64,000 nucleotides of DNA from Paraspadella gotoi (GCA_051294375.1 CM119263.1:9087709-9151708), one strand, 5' to 3'; shown: positions 1 to 18,290, numbered from the stretch's first letter. The notes: a model not told the origin generated them from the letters alone. A program made the numbers and translations.

Positions 1-1700
1 AATAGTCACTGTACTATCTGACCATCTATCCGTCCTTATCTGCACGCCTGCTTCGTCAATCCCTCTGACACTGTCACGCCCTGTCTTCATCCTGGATCAG
101 GTTACAGTTCTTCATGTAGCGATTTTTCCTCGTGGAGTGCTCGAAGCATCTCAGCCAGGAGAGTTTTTTTTGACTCCTCTCGGAATGAGTCGGACAGTGA
201 TCGAGGAAGGAGAACGACGACATGCCGTGAGGTATCTGAGAGCTATGCGATGCGCGTTTCAGCTTGTTGTTGTTTCACAGTTCTTACCATTTTGAAAAAT
301 GTGCGTAGGAGTAGACTTACCGCCGTGCCATAGGACACGCCCCGAGAGCTGGGCGGCAAGCGTTTAACACGGGACCCTTCTTTCGGACTCTTGTAATTCC
401 TGATTGTTCAGAGTAAAATATAAAACGAGTACTCACTAAAAATAAAAATAACACACCGAAGCTAAAGTCCTAGTACTAACAGGCTACAAGATTACTCAAC
501 TCTAAAGCTTCAACCCCAAATATTATATAGACTCCCTAATTATGTACGACCATTTGGTAGTCCGTTAATATTGCCTGTCTCCCACGACTAGCCTTTTTCC
601 GACAACTTACCTTTGCCTCCGTAACATACTCCAAGGTGATGTTTCCTCGGTCTGGGATCACAACGGGTCTAACGAGGACGTGCAGGAGGACGTTGAAGGC
701 GACCCTCGATTTTCGCGATGAACCGTCTGAATTCGGGGCAGCGAGTTGCGGGGAAATTAGTGGTAGGGGAGACCGGTTTCATCGGGTTGGCCATCTCTCG
801 CTTTCAGCGCGATACTTTGTGTCGTCGGCGCGATGTCTAACGCATGTAACCCATATGTGACTTGGTATCATGAATGGTGAAAGGTGAGCGAGGGTGAGGT
901 GCAAGAGTTTCGGCAATGACACAGGTTGATGACACTGGATGACAAACACAAACCACCAGGAAAAACGACAAAATTAACAAAGAATCAGTAGACTTATTAT
1001 AATTTGAGAGTGTCTCAATAGACTGTTCCCGGGCACCCAATCGATATGACCGCGATGCTTAGGGATAAAGAGGTAGAGGTACAAATTATCAGAGAGAATT
1101 ACTTACTTCATAAAGGGAGAATGAGAGCATGTATATATATAAATATATATGAATTGTACAATCAATATAAAAATAATCCAGTCATTTAATAATAAGCTCA
1201 TCTTGCCCCGGACTTTGGACAGGCACTTGGTGTTAGGCCTCCATCACTCTTACAAGATAATAAAGCAGTCCCTGCAAGCTTTTTCAATATATGAATTTTT
1301 TCCCACGTATTCTTTTGTACCCAAGTCGGTTTGACGTCCTATAACTTTCGACGCCTCTGCCCTCTCGATTTTTATGGGGCGAGCTGGACCAATTGCTTTC
1401 AATCTTGTTATATTTCCATATTCTGTAGAATTCAGCCGATCCAATCGTTTGTTAAGTTCAGGAGAATAAAGCATCACAAATCTACAACGAAGTGGCTCCC
1501 TCTTTTTTTGCGCCGCGTGTACGGTAATGTATATTTTACATTAATGCTGGCGGGCTAGTTCTCGTGCGGAATTAACCGTGGGACGTCGGAAAAATGCAAT
1601 CACGCCACCAGATAGTCACTAGAGACCAAACAAACAAAAGAAGTATGCCGGCTGGCACAGCGCGACGGGGGCACCGTGCGAATGAATGTGGTCACACGCG
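1..1700 (-). repeat. Noisy duplicate of ~4090-5700 (part of the thioesterase-like gene)
   Basis: Collinear shared anchors with many indels: ctcgtggag, tctcggaatga, gacacgccccgag, ccgaagctaaag, ggtgatgtt, gactttggacaggcact, gacgtcggaaaaatg. Carries the best copy of the G-V-S-Y-G-T-A codons followed by gtaagt (321-341, minus). A third partial copy lies at ~3480-3660. Confidence 0.8.
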
Positions 1701-3899
1701 GGTCGAGTGTAAACGCTAGGGGAAATTGAGAGTAGCGTGTCGGCCGATACCCACAAGCACATAGACGTCTCGATCCGACGTGAGGCACTCACATTAATGT
1801 CATGCCAAAAAAGAAAAGAATGAAACAAGAAACCGGAGATAAGCAAGTATAAAGAGAGAAAGAAAAAAAAAGAGAAAATATAGCATGATAAAAGCAATGG
1901 AAAAACAAAATAAGAAAAGATAAAGAAATACGTGAATAAAAATGTGAGGTATATACTATAAGGTGTGAGATAGAAATATTAAAGATATCAGTAAAGATAA
2001 AAAATAATAAGATGCGTATAAGTGTGGTAAAGGACTCGGAGAATTAATGCAAATATGATCAAAAACATTATAAAGGATGAAGCATGAAAAAGAACTCAAG
2101 AATATTATTTATGAGTAGCAGAGATTAAAGAAAGAGAGAATAGAATCCTACGACGTTAAAGTCGATATGTGCAGAGCAATTAAAACGGCACAAGCGCAAG
2201 CCAAAAAGATCGTCTGTGATAAAGAAAAAATCACAAACACGGGCAGAATAGAAAAACTCTAACAAAAACGAAGAGAGAGAAGAGAGAGAGAGAGAGAGAG
2301 ATGGAGAGAGATGCAAAGAGAGAGAGAGAGAGAGACGAGGTGGTAATATGCGAAAGAAAGCGGGGCCGACCTAATCATTCGGGGGGTCAAAAGATCTTCT
2401 CGCCCTGCCACCCTAGGGGACAGGTNNNNNNNNNNNNNNNNNNNNNNNNNGGGGGAGAGAACGGACGGGGATTGCGTTGGGAGAGTCCCGCAAGGGCGCG
2501 AAGGGGGAGGGAAATGTGAGAAGAGCTTTGAAGAAGAGGAGGAGACCCGAAGACCGTGACAAAGACTCGTAAACAAGTTTGGTAAGGAAAGTGACAATAT
2601 CTCTGTCGTCCAGTTTTAGTCTAATTATTGATAGGAGATAGGATTTCTAACGNNNNNNNNNNNNNNNNNNNNNNNNNTCGTTGTGTTCCCACAGCGATAA
2701 ACTCGCCTCTGTTTCATTGCCCGTTTCTTTTTTGCTTTTATTCCATGAGTCGTTTTAAGGGTTTTTAGTGTTTCATGTGTTCTTCAGTTTCAGTGTTACT
2801 GTACTCGAGGCAGCTGTTAATTTTTTTTAATTGTCTAATCTGCGCAGAAATCGTTATGGGTGAAAGGATATTACTTTAAAGAAAATATTAATTATTAAAT
2901 AGAAATATTTAAAAACATCAAAAGGTAATCCAATGGGTAAACAATCCAGCTAAACATATAATATAAAATATATTAAGATAAAGAAAAAAAAGGAAATAAA
3001 AAAGAACTGAGATCAATAATTTTTTTTTACAACTCACGGCGAGATAAACTATATAAATATAAGAGCATTGTAAACCTACTGATAAAAATACTGCGCAGGC
3101 TGTCTCTATTAAAATAATAAAAAAGGACCTTTACTGACACCTTCCTTTGTTCTTCCCGCCCCCCTTTCAAGCCATGTTGCTGCCACCCCGTTCAGGTTTC
3201 CCATCTGTTTGTTTCATATCAGCGCAGTTTTGTGGCTGTCTCCCGACTCGGATTAATTTTTCCCAAGTTTTTTCCCGCCAGCTTCTTTTCTCTGCAACCT
3301 TCTTAACGATTTTTCCCTTTTATTTTCTTTAATCCGGCCCACATTTCCTGACTTTATATTACTGCTTATGGAGAAAGAATTTAACTTTCTACCCATTACT
3401 TGAACTGGTCGATAATTTAATTAGAACAATTGTACTTAGAAGTTAACACCCGGAAGACGTTATTCGTCAAGGCTAATGCAATATAAAAATTATCTATCTC
3501 ATTCTCATTATAAGCGCTATCGTTTGCCCCTGACTTTGGACACGGCTTTGGTGGTTTAAAGGACTCCATCACCGCTGAATAAGATAATGACATAAGCAGG
3601 TATCCCCTGCATAGCTTTTCAATCAAGACTCTCTCACAGTCTTGTTTATTGCGCTCCAAGGTACCTGTGGCTTCCCTATCTAATTGAACGTGGTGTACTG
3701 AATGTGAAAGTGAGTTCTAATTCAATCAACCTTGTACTTGTGTTAGTAAATATTCTATGTGATGGTAAAAACAAAAGGTATGATATAATATTTCAAGGCC
3801 AATAACTTTTCCTTACGGGTAAAGAAAGACGGTGAAGGCGACGGTCGTGTCGTGAGGAGAATGAGGGATGAAGGCAAAGATTGTGACGAAGGGCTCAAG

Positions 3900-6800
3900 A
3901 ATGCCCTACGTCCTCCAGTCTGAACATAGACGCGTTCGATGAACGACGCCTTGTGGATCGCGTAGATGAGCCACTTGGCGAGGGTGTGCGAAGCTGTGGC
4001 GTGGAGGAATGTGGACAATAAACTCTTACTCTGCCCGCGCAAAAAAGATGATGCGGGGGCTGGAACTTTATCCCATAACTAAAAAACTATACTATCTGGC
4101 CATCTATGACCGCTCATCTTATCTGCAGGCCTGCATTCAATCCCCTTCTTTAGCCTTGCGCCTTGCTGTCAATCGCTGACGGTAATTGTTTCTTGCATGT
4201 AGACGTTTTTTCTCCTCGTGGAGACATCGAATCAGCAGAGTTGTGTGTTTCCTTGACGTCCTGTCTCGGAATGACCGGAGTGGATCGAGGAGGAGAGACG
4301 GAGTCGGAATTCGTGAGGTGTATCTGAGTATCTAGGGAGGGTTTTCAGCATTGTTTGTTGTTGACAAGTTCTGTACAATTTTTGGGGAGAGAGGGAGAGA
4401 AGACTGTAATAACCGCGGTGCCATTGAGACACGCCCCGAGGAGTACGGGTGCAAGGTACACGGGGACCCCTTTAGTTCGGAGTTTCCTTGAGTATCGATA
4501 GCCTGATGTTCAGCGACTGTAAATATAAACACGGAGAATACAAAAAAAAAACACACCCGAAGCTAAAGCTTACGTAACAGCTATGAAGTTACCTAGGATA
4601 AGTCTTAGGAAGCTTAAAAACCCTCAAATAATATGTTGACCCCTAAGTTATGTTCGTACACTTTACGATACATCATTCACCACGAACTGCCCTTTTCCCA
4701 GAGGCAGCCACATCACCATTTTTTGCCTCGGCTACATTCTCCCAGGTGATGTTCCGGGTCTGGGAACCGAACGGGTTAGGACGAGGAACGTCAGCAGGAG
4801 ATCGTTGAAGTGGACCCTCGATCGCGAAGTGACCGTCCTGAGGGTGCTCGGCGGCGGAGTTGCGGGAATAGGTGGAGGGAGACGGTCACGTTTGAGCGGG
4901 CCGCTGTGATTCACTGAATGGAAAGGTTGAGCGAGGTTGGTCAAGATTTGCCAATGACAAGGTGAGGACGAAAACAAAGAAAGGAAGAACGAACGAGAAT
5001 AACAAAAATCAAGATTTAAAGTTGAGAGAGAAAAGAGAGAGTAAAAAAGATATTGACAGTTATAGAGGGAAAAATGAGAGAGAATATATATAGTAAAATA
5101 TAATATGAAATTGGGTACAACCAATATAAGGAGAAATGTTATCCAATGGTAGTCATGTAATAAAATAAGCCATCTTGCCTGGACTTTGGACAGGCACTGG
5201 GTTGTTTAAGGCCTCCAATCAGCTCTTGACAAGATAATTACACGATAGGCAGTGTCGCCTGCAAGCTTTCAAATATACATAATTTTCTTGTTTACCCTCG
5301 ATTTTTTGTACCAATACGATTTTGACGTCCCTATAAATCTTTCGAACGCTCTGCTAGATTTTATTGGGACTTGTGGACCATTGCTTCATCTGTGTTTATA
5401 TTTCTATATCTTAGTAGAATTTTCAAGGCCCGATGCCAATACGGTTTTGTTAATGGAAATAAGTGGCTTCTTTTTTTTGGCCGCCGCAGTGTATATATAT
5501 ATTTATTTAATGGCGGTGGCCGGCGTAATTCTGCAGGTTGCGAATAACCGTGGAACGTCGGAAAAATGTAATCAACGACGACAACAGAATAGAAGACCAA
5601 AAAAAAAAAAAAGTAGAGGCGCACGCGACGGACGGGTGCATCGTGGCGAAAATGAAATGTTGGCACACCGGCGGGTTCCGTGGTTAAACCGTGGGGGGGG
5701 GGGGGGAGGGAAGAAAAAAGAACGAGAGGCGCGGCCGGCCACGACAAGGCGAGCGGAGAGTGACGTGAGCTGTGACAGTAAATTAAATCCATCTCCGTGA
5801 AACGATTGTACTGGAATGTCTTTAGGTTTAGTCTCATTTCCTGGTCTTTTTCTAAGCCGAATAATATAAGTTTTTGTGTAAATTTATGGCTCATAATTCT
5901 GACCCTCCCAGAAAATTTACTTTAAAAGAAAAGAGGCAAGACACGATAAAGTAAAAACTGGCATTTTACCCGAGTCACCGGTCACCGCGTAAAGCATAAC
6001 TCCGTGAGCAAATCACCGTTCTTAACCGCTAGTCTTGACTGGTTGGGCGCCCAAAAAACTTTGAACGCCTGCCGCGGCGCTAATCGAAATTTTTAGAGGC
6101 CGAATCGCGGAAGAGGGAAAAAGTGTTACAGTCTCCTCTTTGGTGTCCAGCAGAGTGGTGATGGCGGTATGATGCGAGTGGAAGAAAGGAGAGTATCCAG
6201 AAGTTGATAGATAGATTGGACCATTTCATACTTCTCCCTCAATTCCGAAAGAATGCCTCACTCGTTCATCCCTTCAGTATCGGTTCTCTGTCTCTGCCTC
6301 CATCCATCCCGTCTCTCGGTCCGTCCCGGATATGCCAGTACTAGTCAGTCACATTCACAATCCGAGCGTCGCATCTGGCTTCAGGAGTACGTCTACCTCT
6401 CTAGGCATGAGACGATCTCTCTACGTGGATGCAGGTGGCTTCCCGGGGGTCTCGAAACGGGCGTTTGAGCGATCTTCGAGTGGGGAAGATTAAATGATTT
6501 CCTGAGTGGGTGATGTACTCCCTTTTCTCATCGACGCTAGCGCAGTTGCAGTAGCATCTCCCACATGTGGGACGCAAAAGAGAGTGTAACACTTTTTCCC
6601 CGTCTCCCGCATGTCGATGCTGATTATCGAATAGCAGACGACGGAAGCCGTCATAAAGTCATTGTGGGTGCATAGGACTGGGTGGGCTAAGAGGCGGTTT
6701 AAGAGCCAGTGGTGAGGCGCTGACTAGACACGTGTGGCTAGCCATGGACTAGAATATCTTTCGGGCGAGTCATGCTAGGCGAGTTTAGTGCGACGGTGAC

Positions 6801-7532
6801 CGGGACTCCGGGTAATGGGGGGGTCGGAGTTAAAACAACAAATCAGAGAAGAAGATTTCGGAGGTGGAGGGATTAAGGGGACGACGAGATCTTCGAGGCG
6901 AAACTAGAAAAACATCGATTTGACCCGAAATTCGTTGGGAGGTTGAGTCCGTGAAAAAGACGGTACAGAGTTCGACGCTGGCGGGGAATCGAATTTTGGG
7001 TTCGGTCGTCAGCGATGCCCGGAGGGAGAAAGAAGAGGATTGAATGCAAAGTTGTAAAAACATTCAGATAAAAGTTTGTATAGTTTTTTTTTCTTTTGAT
7101 AAGTTGGTTGTGTGGGTATTTTTACCGCGAATATTTTGTCCTCTCTCAATATTTCCTCCATAGCTTTTCATTTCCTTTCTGACTTGCGTTTTTGTTTTTT
7201 GTCTTTTGTCTTTTGTCTTTTGTCTTTTCTTTGATAACGTTGGTTGTCGATGGGTAATTCTTACCGCGAATATTATTTTGTCCTCTCTCAATATTTTCCT
7301 CCATAGCTTTTCATTTGCCTTTCTGACTTGCGCTTTTGTTTTTTGTTCTTTTGTCTTTTGTCCTTTTGTCTTTCTTGTCTTTTGTCTTTTGTCTTTTGTC
7401 TTTCTTTCTTGCTTTCTTCTTTCTTTCTTTCTTTTTCTTCTTTCTTTCTTTCTTCTTTCNNNNNNNNNNNNNNNNNNNNNNNNNNNNNNNNNNNNNNNNN
7501 NNNNNNNNNNNNNNNNNNNNNNNNNNNNNNTT

Positions 7533-7563
<31 letters not shown>

Positions 7564-8810
7564 ATCTATTAATTCTTTCTTGATCTTACTTATTTCTTTT
7601 TATCTTTCCTTTCTTTCTCTCTTTCATTCATTTAAATTCTTTGTCGCACCTGACTCTCTTATTTTTTCTCCCCCCCCCGAAGTAGGTCACCGTTTCGCTC
7701 TTATGGACTTACCTCCTAACGAATCCCCAAATGAGAAACCTTCCCAAACTTACTTTGCGGTGTTTATGGAGTTCGTTCGTTTCCTAGATGGATGAGGTAA
7801 GGAAGCAGGCATGACAACACCCGGTTCACTAATGGACGCCGAAAAGGTAGACGTACTAATTTGAAAAAGACGTTTTTCTGAACTTATCCAAGTAATTAAA
7901 AAAATATAATTAAGAATAATATATAATTACATATACGACGTTAGAAAATGGTACCTCTTTAAAAATTGAAATGTTTTGAAAACCTTAAAGGTGGGAGGAT
8001 TAGACGTGAATGACGGCAACCTGTTAAGGGGAGGGTGGACGACTCGGTTTTGACAGCGCGAGAAAAAGTGGGAAGAAGAATTCAAAATCAATTTGGGAAC
8101 ATTTGTTTGACCTACTTGATTGAAATGGCGCAGAGAAAAGGGGAAGAAAAGTTCCTTTTTATTGTTTGTTCCGCAGTTTTTACCGTTTCTTTTTTTCTTT
8201 CTTTCTTTTTTTTTCTTTTGAAAAACGGATTTAATTTCCTTTTGGCGAAGTTATAAAGTTTGTTAACTCAAGTTTGTTAACTCATATTGAATTTAATAAA
8301 CTTTACTTTAAAAAAGCTTTCACAACGTTCATGAACGCAATAATAAATGTGAAAAAAGAATAAAGTTTAAATTCTTGATTTATAAAATTAATATTGAATA
8401 AAAAAAATTGCTCAATATTTATAAAGGAAATGGTTAATGTGCATAAAGTTTAAATTTTTGATTTATAAATTTAAAAATAGATAATAAAATCTAATGATAT
8501 TTGGAGATATTTTTATTTCATTTTAAAGTTTGAAAAACGAGACTTGCCCGAACTCGCCTGTTTTCATTTCATATCTCATCAACAAAGACCAGGGAGCTTA
8601 ACGATGTAGCGAGGATAACCAAGTACAAGATAACAAAGAACAACCAACAAAAAAATTTACATTTTAGTTCATGTAGTTTGATTTAGAAACGAACATAAAT
8701 ATAGTTTCATAGTAGACGAATGAATAACTCACCAACGGACGGATGGAAGAAGAACAAATCAGATGCGCCAATTTGAGGATTGAGCCTCTCAAAAAAATAC
8801 GCCACCGATT
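3900..8810 (-). CDS. Multi-exon gene fragment with two tandem thioesterase (alpha/beta-hydrolase, FAS/PKS/NRPS TE-type) domains; sequence too noisy for a full model
   Basis: Exon-bounded motifs occur in TE order: RLN..LFFFHPSVG (8733-8810); GRFLIWG-x-SLGG|gtaagt (7713-7783); E-G-K-S-V-T-L (~6560-6620, inverted echo ~6100-6150); NITWEYVAEAK|gtaagt (consensus of ~610-680 and ~4720-4790); PYxLGGVSYGTA (321-350 and ~4415-4450); FSFLDH (~195-215); and PPHHLF plus SHTLAKWLIYAI (4030-4078 and 3900-3993, joined by a 36-nt gt-ag intron). Confidence 0.5.
5965..6815. repeat. Noisy short inverted duplication (5965-6215 vs 6500-6815)
   Basis: ttacccg-agtc-ccggtcaccg and gggaaaaagtgttaca occur on the plus strand at ~5968 and ~6115 and as reverse complements at ~6795-6815 and ~6587-6602. 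Confidence 0.6.
7090..7570. repeat. Two ~135-bp tandem copies followed by (TTTTGTC)n and (TTTC)n microsatellite
   Basis: ttaccgcgaatatt...tgtcctctctcaatatt...cctccatagcttttcattt at ~7122 and ~7261; pure tttc runs flank the N gap. Confidence 0.85.
7713..7783 (-). CDS. Exon: nucleophile elbow of thioesterase domain 1 (..RKVSLGRFLIWG-x-SLGG)
   Basis: ctag|GAAACG...TCGTTAGGAG|gtaagt. One short indel is needed to join the upstream frame to SLGG; read from the donor back it gives GDSLGG. Fits the TE consensus GPYxLxGxSLGG. Confidence 0.45.
8733..8810 (-). CDS. Exon: start of thioesterase domain 1 (SVAYFFERLNPQIGASDLFFFHPSVG)
   Basis: 78-nt open phase-1/phase-1 exon, cag|AATCGG...GTTG|gtgagt. Resembles the beginning of the animal FASN TE domain (MRLN....RPLFLVHPIEG) and the NRPS TE motif LFxxHPxxG. 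Confidence 0.55.
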
Positions 8811-8879
8811 CTGGTACCAAAGTTTATCAAAACAAAAAAACCAGAAACTGAAACCAAACAAGAAAAAAGGGATATAGGA

Positions 8880-14325
<5,446 letters not shown>

Positions 14326-15658
14326 CTGGCTCTGCGCTTTTATGTTTTTTTTTCACTCATTCAATTGATAATTATATATCTGCATTGTATTTATAAATAC
14401 TATCCTCTATAAAATAACGCCAAGTAATCCTGACAAAGTTGTTTTTTTATGTTTTGACTCCACAGACGCCTGAACTCGGCTAAGAAGAAGCTGCCAACGG
14501 ATTGCCCTCAAAGAATTGCGATGATCTGCCAGCCGGCAACCGGCGCGCCTTTGCAGGGGCGACTGCCTTAGGGGTGAGACGGGATTTAAATAACAATATG
14601 GTAGAAGCTGACATACTCGGGCAGGACTTATCAAAATATATAGTTTAGTGATTTTGTCCCGGCTCCTCCTCTTGGTTATACTGATCAATTTATTTCGATT
14701 TCTATACCAGACATAAGTCCATAAAGTATAAATAAAAAATTTTAGGCCTACTAACTGGGGATGACTGCATGCAGAACTGAGTGATCCGAATATCCAGAAG
14801 GTTCAAGAGAAATAACTGTCATACAGCATTGCAAACATCTTTTGGAGGATCTAAACAAAGATGTTACTGACGGTCAGAATGTTTTCGTATCACTTTCTGG
14901 TCGAATAGTTTTCATTGTTAAGGCGTAAGATCATATCCTTTCAAATTTCGCATCGGCATTTTTTTTTCAGCTGCATTTCATTGTTAAGTATTATACTCAT
15001 CGGTCACTCAATAACCCATCATATATCCTTTAAATAACCAATAGATAATCCTACAAATTGTCTTTTTATTTTTTGACTCAGACCCTGAACCGGCGAGAGA
15101 AGGCTTTGTCCGATTGCCTTAAATTGCGATGAATCTGCCGGCCGCGGCACCCGCGCGCGCCTTGCAGGGGCGAATAGCTTAGGGGTGAGAACGGGATGAG
15201 AATAACAATAGTAAAACTGATTTGGCGGGAACGCTCATTAAAAAAAACAATTGTTTTGAGTAATGTGTTTCGGTCTCTGGCTGTACTGACGTAGTTGGAA
15301 AAATGAATGTAACAGTAACAAAAAAGACTGTTTCCTAATTTCACTGATAAGGTTTAACGGACTGTCGATGAAATGGCAACTGGTCGACTGCGACACACAC
15401 ACACGAGATTAGTCCCTGAGGGAATAGCGCGAGCAGAAACAACTGCCACAAATTCTGCATCTTCTTGGAGGGCTGCTCTNNNNNNNNNNNNNNNNNNNNN
15501 NNNNGACGACTCAGTTTACAACCACAACATAAAGGAATTGAATGTAAAACGTGTTGTTTATAAACAAGACTCGCATTACTGCAAAAACGCAATTAAATTT
15601 AAGTAATTTCTCTCTCTCTCTCTCTCTCTTTCTCTTTTTCTCTCTCTCTCTCTTTCAG

Positions 15659-15760
15659 ACGGAGTGCGAAGAAAACGGAGTTTCGTGACTGATTGTCTTC
15701 GGGACTGTAATGATTTGCCCGCTGGTCATCGTGCCCCATGCCGAGCGGACTGCATTAGAG
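15659..15760 (+). CDS. Exon of secreted Cys-rich polyprotein: (D)GVRRKR-SFVTDCLRDCNDLPAGHRAPCRADCIR(G)
   Basis: Error-free 102-nt phase-1/phase-1 exon after a polypyrimidine tract and tttcag. Furin-type RRKR site and CX3C-X10-CX3C motif. Ends at a GC donor (G|gcgaga). Confidence 0.85.
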
Positions 15761-16160
15761 GCGAGACAGATGTTGCTGAGTTGTTGAGTGTTGAATTTTC
15801 TCTTTAGACTAAAGAAGGAAATTGCCAATTGAACGATGATCGCTTTCCATGCCAAAGTNNNNNNNNNNNNNNNNNNNNNNNNNNNNNNNNNNNNNNNNNN
15901 NNNNNNNNNNNNNNNNNNNNNNNNNNNNNNNNNNNNNNNNNNNNNNNNNNNNNNNNNNNNNNNNNNNNNNNNNNNNNNNNNNNNNNNNNNNNNNNNNNNN
16001 NNNNNNNNNNNNNNNNNNNNNNNNNNNNNNNNNNNNNNNNNNNNNNNNNNNNNNNNNNNNNNNNNNNNNNNNNAATGTTTACTCACTTCTCTGTCTTATA
16101 GTTTCGTTGTTAGTTCAGAATCAGATCTTTTCAAATTTGCTCTCCTTTTATTTTTTTCAG

Positions 16161-16191
16161 CTCATTTCAATTGATAATTATTATCTCATTG
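16161..16191 (+). CDS. 31-nt linker micro-exon LISIDNYYLI(G/D) of the Cys-rich polyprotein
   Basis: tttttttcag|CTCATTTCAATTGATAATTATTATCTCATTG|gtattt. Phase 0 to phase 1 is what is needed to link the YNWDD exon to the PEPAKR exon. A variant, LISIVKYYLI, lies at 20821-20851. Confidence 0.55.
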
Positions 16192-16595
16192 GTATTTATA
16201 TATCCTTTAAAATAACCCAATAATCCTNNNNNNNNNNNNNNNNNNNNNNNNNNNNNNNNNNNNNNNNNNNNNNNNNNNNNNNNNNNNNNNNNNNNNNNNN
16301 NNNNNNNNNNNNNNNNNNNNNNNNNNNNNNNNNNNNNNNNNNNNNNNNNNNNNNNNNNNNNNNNNNNNNNNNNNNNNNNNNNNNNNNNNNNNNNNNNNNN
16401 NNNNNNNNNNNNNNNNNNNGCGCCTTGCAGGGGCGACTGCCTTAGGGGTGAGACGGGATTAAATAACAATATGTAAACTGACTCGGCAGGACTTATCAAA
16501 ATAGTTTAGTGATTTGTCTGGTCTCTGGCTATACTGCTCAATTTCAATTTCGATTTCTATGCCAGACAAAGTCAAAGTACTAAATAAATTTTTAG

Positions 16596-16649
16596 GCTAC
16601 AACTGGGATGACTGCATGGCAGACTGTGATCGATATCCAGAAGGTTCAG
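16596..16649 (+). CDS. Truncated exon (G)YNWDDCMADCDRYPEGS of the Cys-rich polyprotein
   Basis: tttttag|GCTACAACTGGGATGACTGCATGGCAGACTGTGATCGATATCCAGAAGGTTCAG. Paralogous to the terminal exon YGFDECMVDCERYPEGS. Homology with the other copies stops abruptly at 16649. Confidence 0.8.
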
Positions 16650-17689
16650 GTAAGCGCCCCTCCTTCTTAACTGCAGACGGCCACCGGTAGAAAACCCGGA
16701 ACCTTTTGGTGGTCCAGTTGGGGAGGCCGATATGGACCTTTGATCCAGGCTCCAATGGCCGCTGATGAACGGTTAGTGAATTTTTAGTCCACCATAAGCT
16801 TTTAATTTTATTAATGAGAAATAACTCATTAATTATTAAAATAATAACAATTTGTATTAGTATATGAAAGATTATTTAAGTATGAACGCGGGCTCATAAA
16901 CGCTCAGTTCCCAATGCAATAAGGGGACAGTTCTCACACACTCTGCTACCTGTTCTCTACAAAACCTGTTCATATTTTAAACCACTACGGGGAATCCCTG
17001 CTCGATTTTTGAAGGGTGAATCGCAGATTGAAGGCCCATCGCCGCGAATCCTAGAATAAATCCCAGTCGGGATAAGCCCTCACTCTCTCTTTCTTTTTCA
17101 CTCTCTCTCTCTCTTTCTCTTTTTTCACTTACTCTTTGTTCCTCTTTCTCTCTCTCTTATTTCTCTGTATTCATTTATTTTTTTTATTTTATTTTCTGTT
17201 TATATTTCTTTTTTTTATTTTTCCAATAAACATTTTATAATTTAATATGATAATTATTTTTACTAATTGTTTAAAAAATATCAATTAAATCCAAAATAAG
17301 TTAGTAGATATTCCAAATTAGTAAAAATCGAATTTTGTAATTTATTAAAAATTATAATATTACATAATTTTTATATCTTTTTACTATTTGCATTAGAAAA
17401 AATTTCTTGCTTGGTTTTTCAATTCATGCTGAATAGTTTTTTTAGTTTTACTTTACAATAAAAAAAGCAAACAATTGCCGGATCTGATTAGACGATCATT
17501 AGCGATAATTAATTAATTAATTTAGTGTTAAAACCATTAATTTAATTTTCTTATATATTAATTAATTAATAAATTAATTATTTTCACAAACTAACAACAA
17601 ATGGATTAATTTGTTATATTGTGTGTACCAATTTTATGAATATTGTGTTTTATTAAATAAATTGATAATATAAAATTATTAATATAAAA

Positions 17690-18290
17690 ATTAAAACCAT
17701 ATAAGTTAAAAGGTAATATAAATTTAAAAAATTATTAAAAAGAAAAATAATACAAGTTAAAAATAATATAAAGGTTAAGAAAATAGGCAAATTAAAAAAT
17801 GCGCAATTTTTGAAAAAAAAAAAAGTTAAAAATATGATATAGGTTAAAAAATTATGCATTCAAAAAAATGATGCGAGATAAAAAATGATTTAAAATTGAA
17901 AAAATGATATAAGGTACAAAATAATTGCAAATCAAAAAATAATGTAAATCAAAAAAATATCTATTAAATCAAAAAAATAATGGAAGTAAAAAAATGAGTG
18001 CAAGTTTCAAAAATAATGCAAATTAAAAAAAATAAATTGAAATTAAAAAATGATGCAAGTTTTAAAAATTATGCAATGTTGGAAAAATTAATTACAAATT
18101 AAAAAATAATGCCAATTCAAAAAAACTATATAGGCTAAAAAAATAATGCAAATTAAAAATTGATTCAAGTTGTAAAATTAATATAAATAAAAAAATAATG
18201 CAATGTTAAAAAATTTTATGCCAGTTTAAAAAAATTTATGCCAGTTGAAAATGGATGCCCCAGATAAAAAATTATTTGATTAAAAAATTC
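17690..18290. repeat. Degenerate AT-rich ~19-20-bp minisatellite (consensus ~aaaaataatgcaaattaa)
   Basis: Repeated aataatgcaa / aatgatgcaag / ttatgccagtt units at roughly 20-bp spacing. Confidence 0.75.

Noticed and set aside
2301-2425. RKRGRPNHSGGQKIFS as the missing Nkx6 N-terminal arm
   Set aside because: Wrong strand and position, and the similarity does not extend into helix 1.
4415-4455. LLGAC tyrosine-kinase motif in one minus-strand frame
   Set aside because: No other kinase motifs nearby. The duplicate at 321-350 supports the GVSYG frame ending at a donor.
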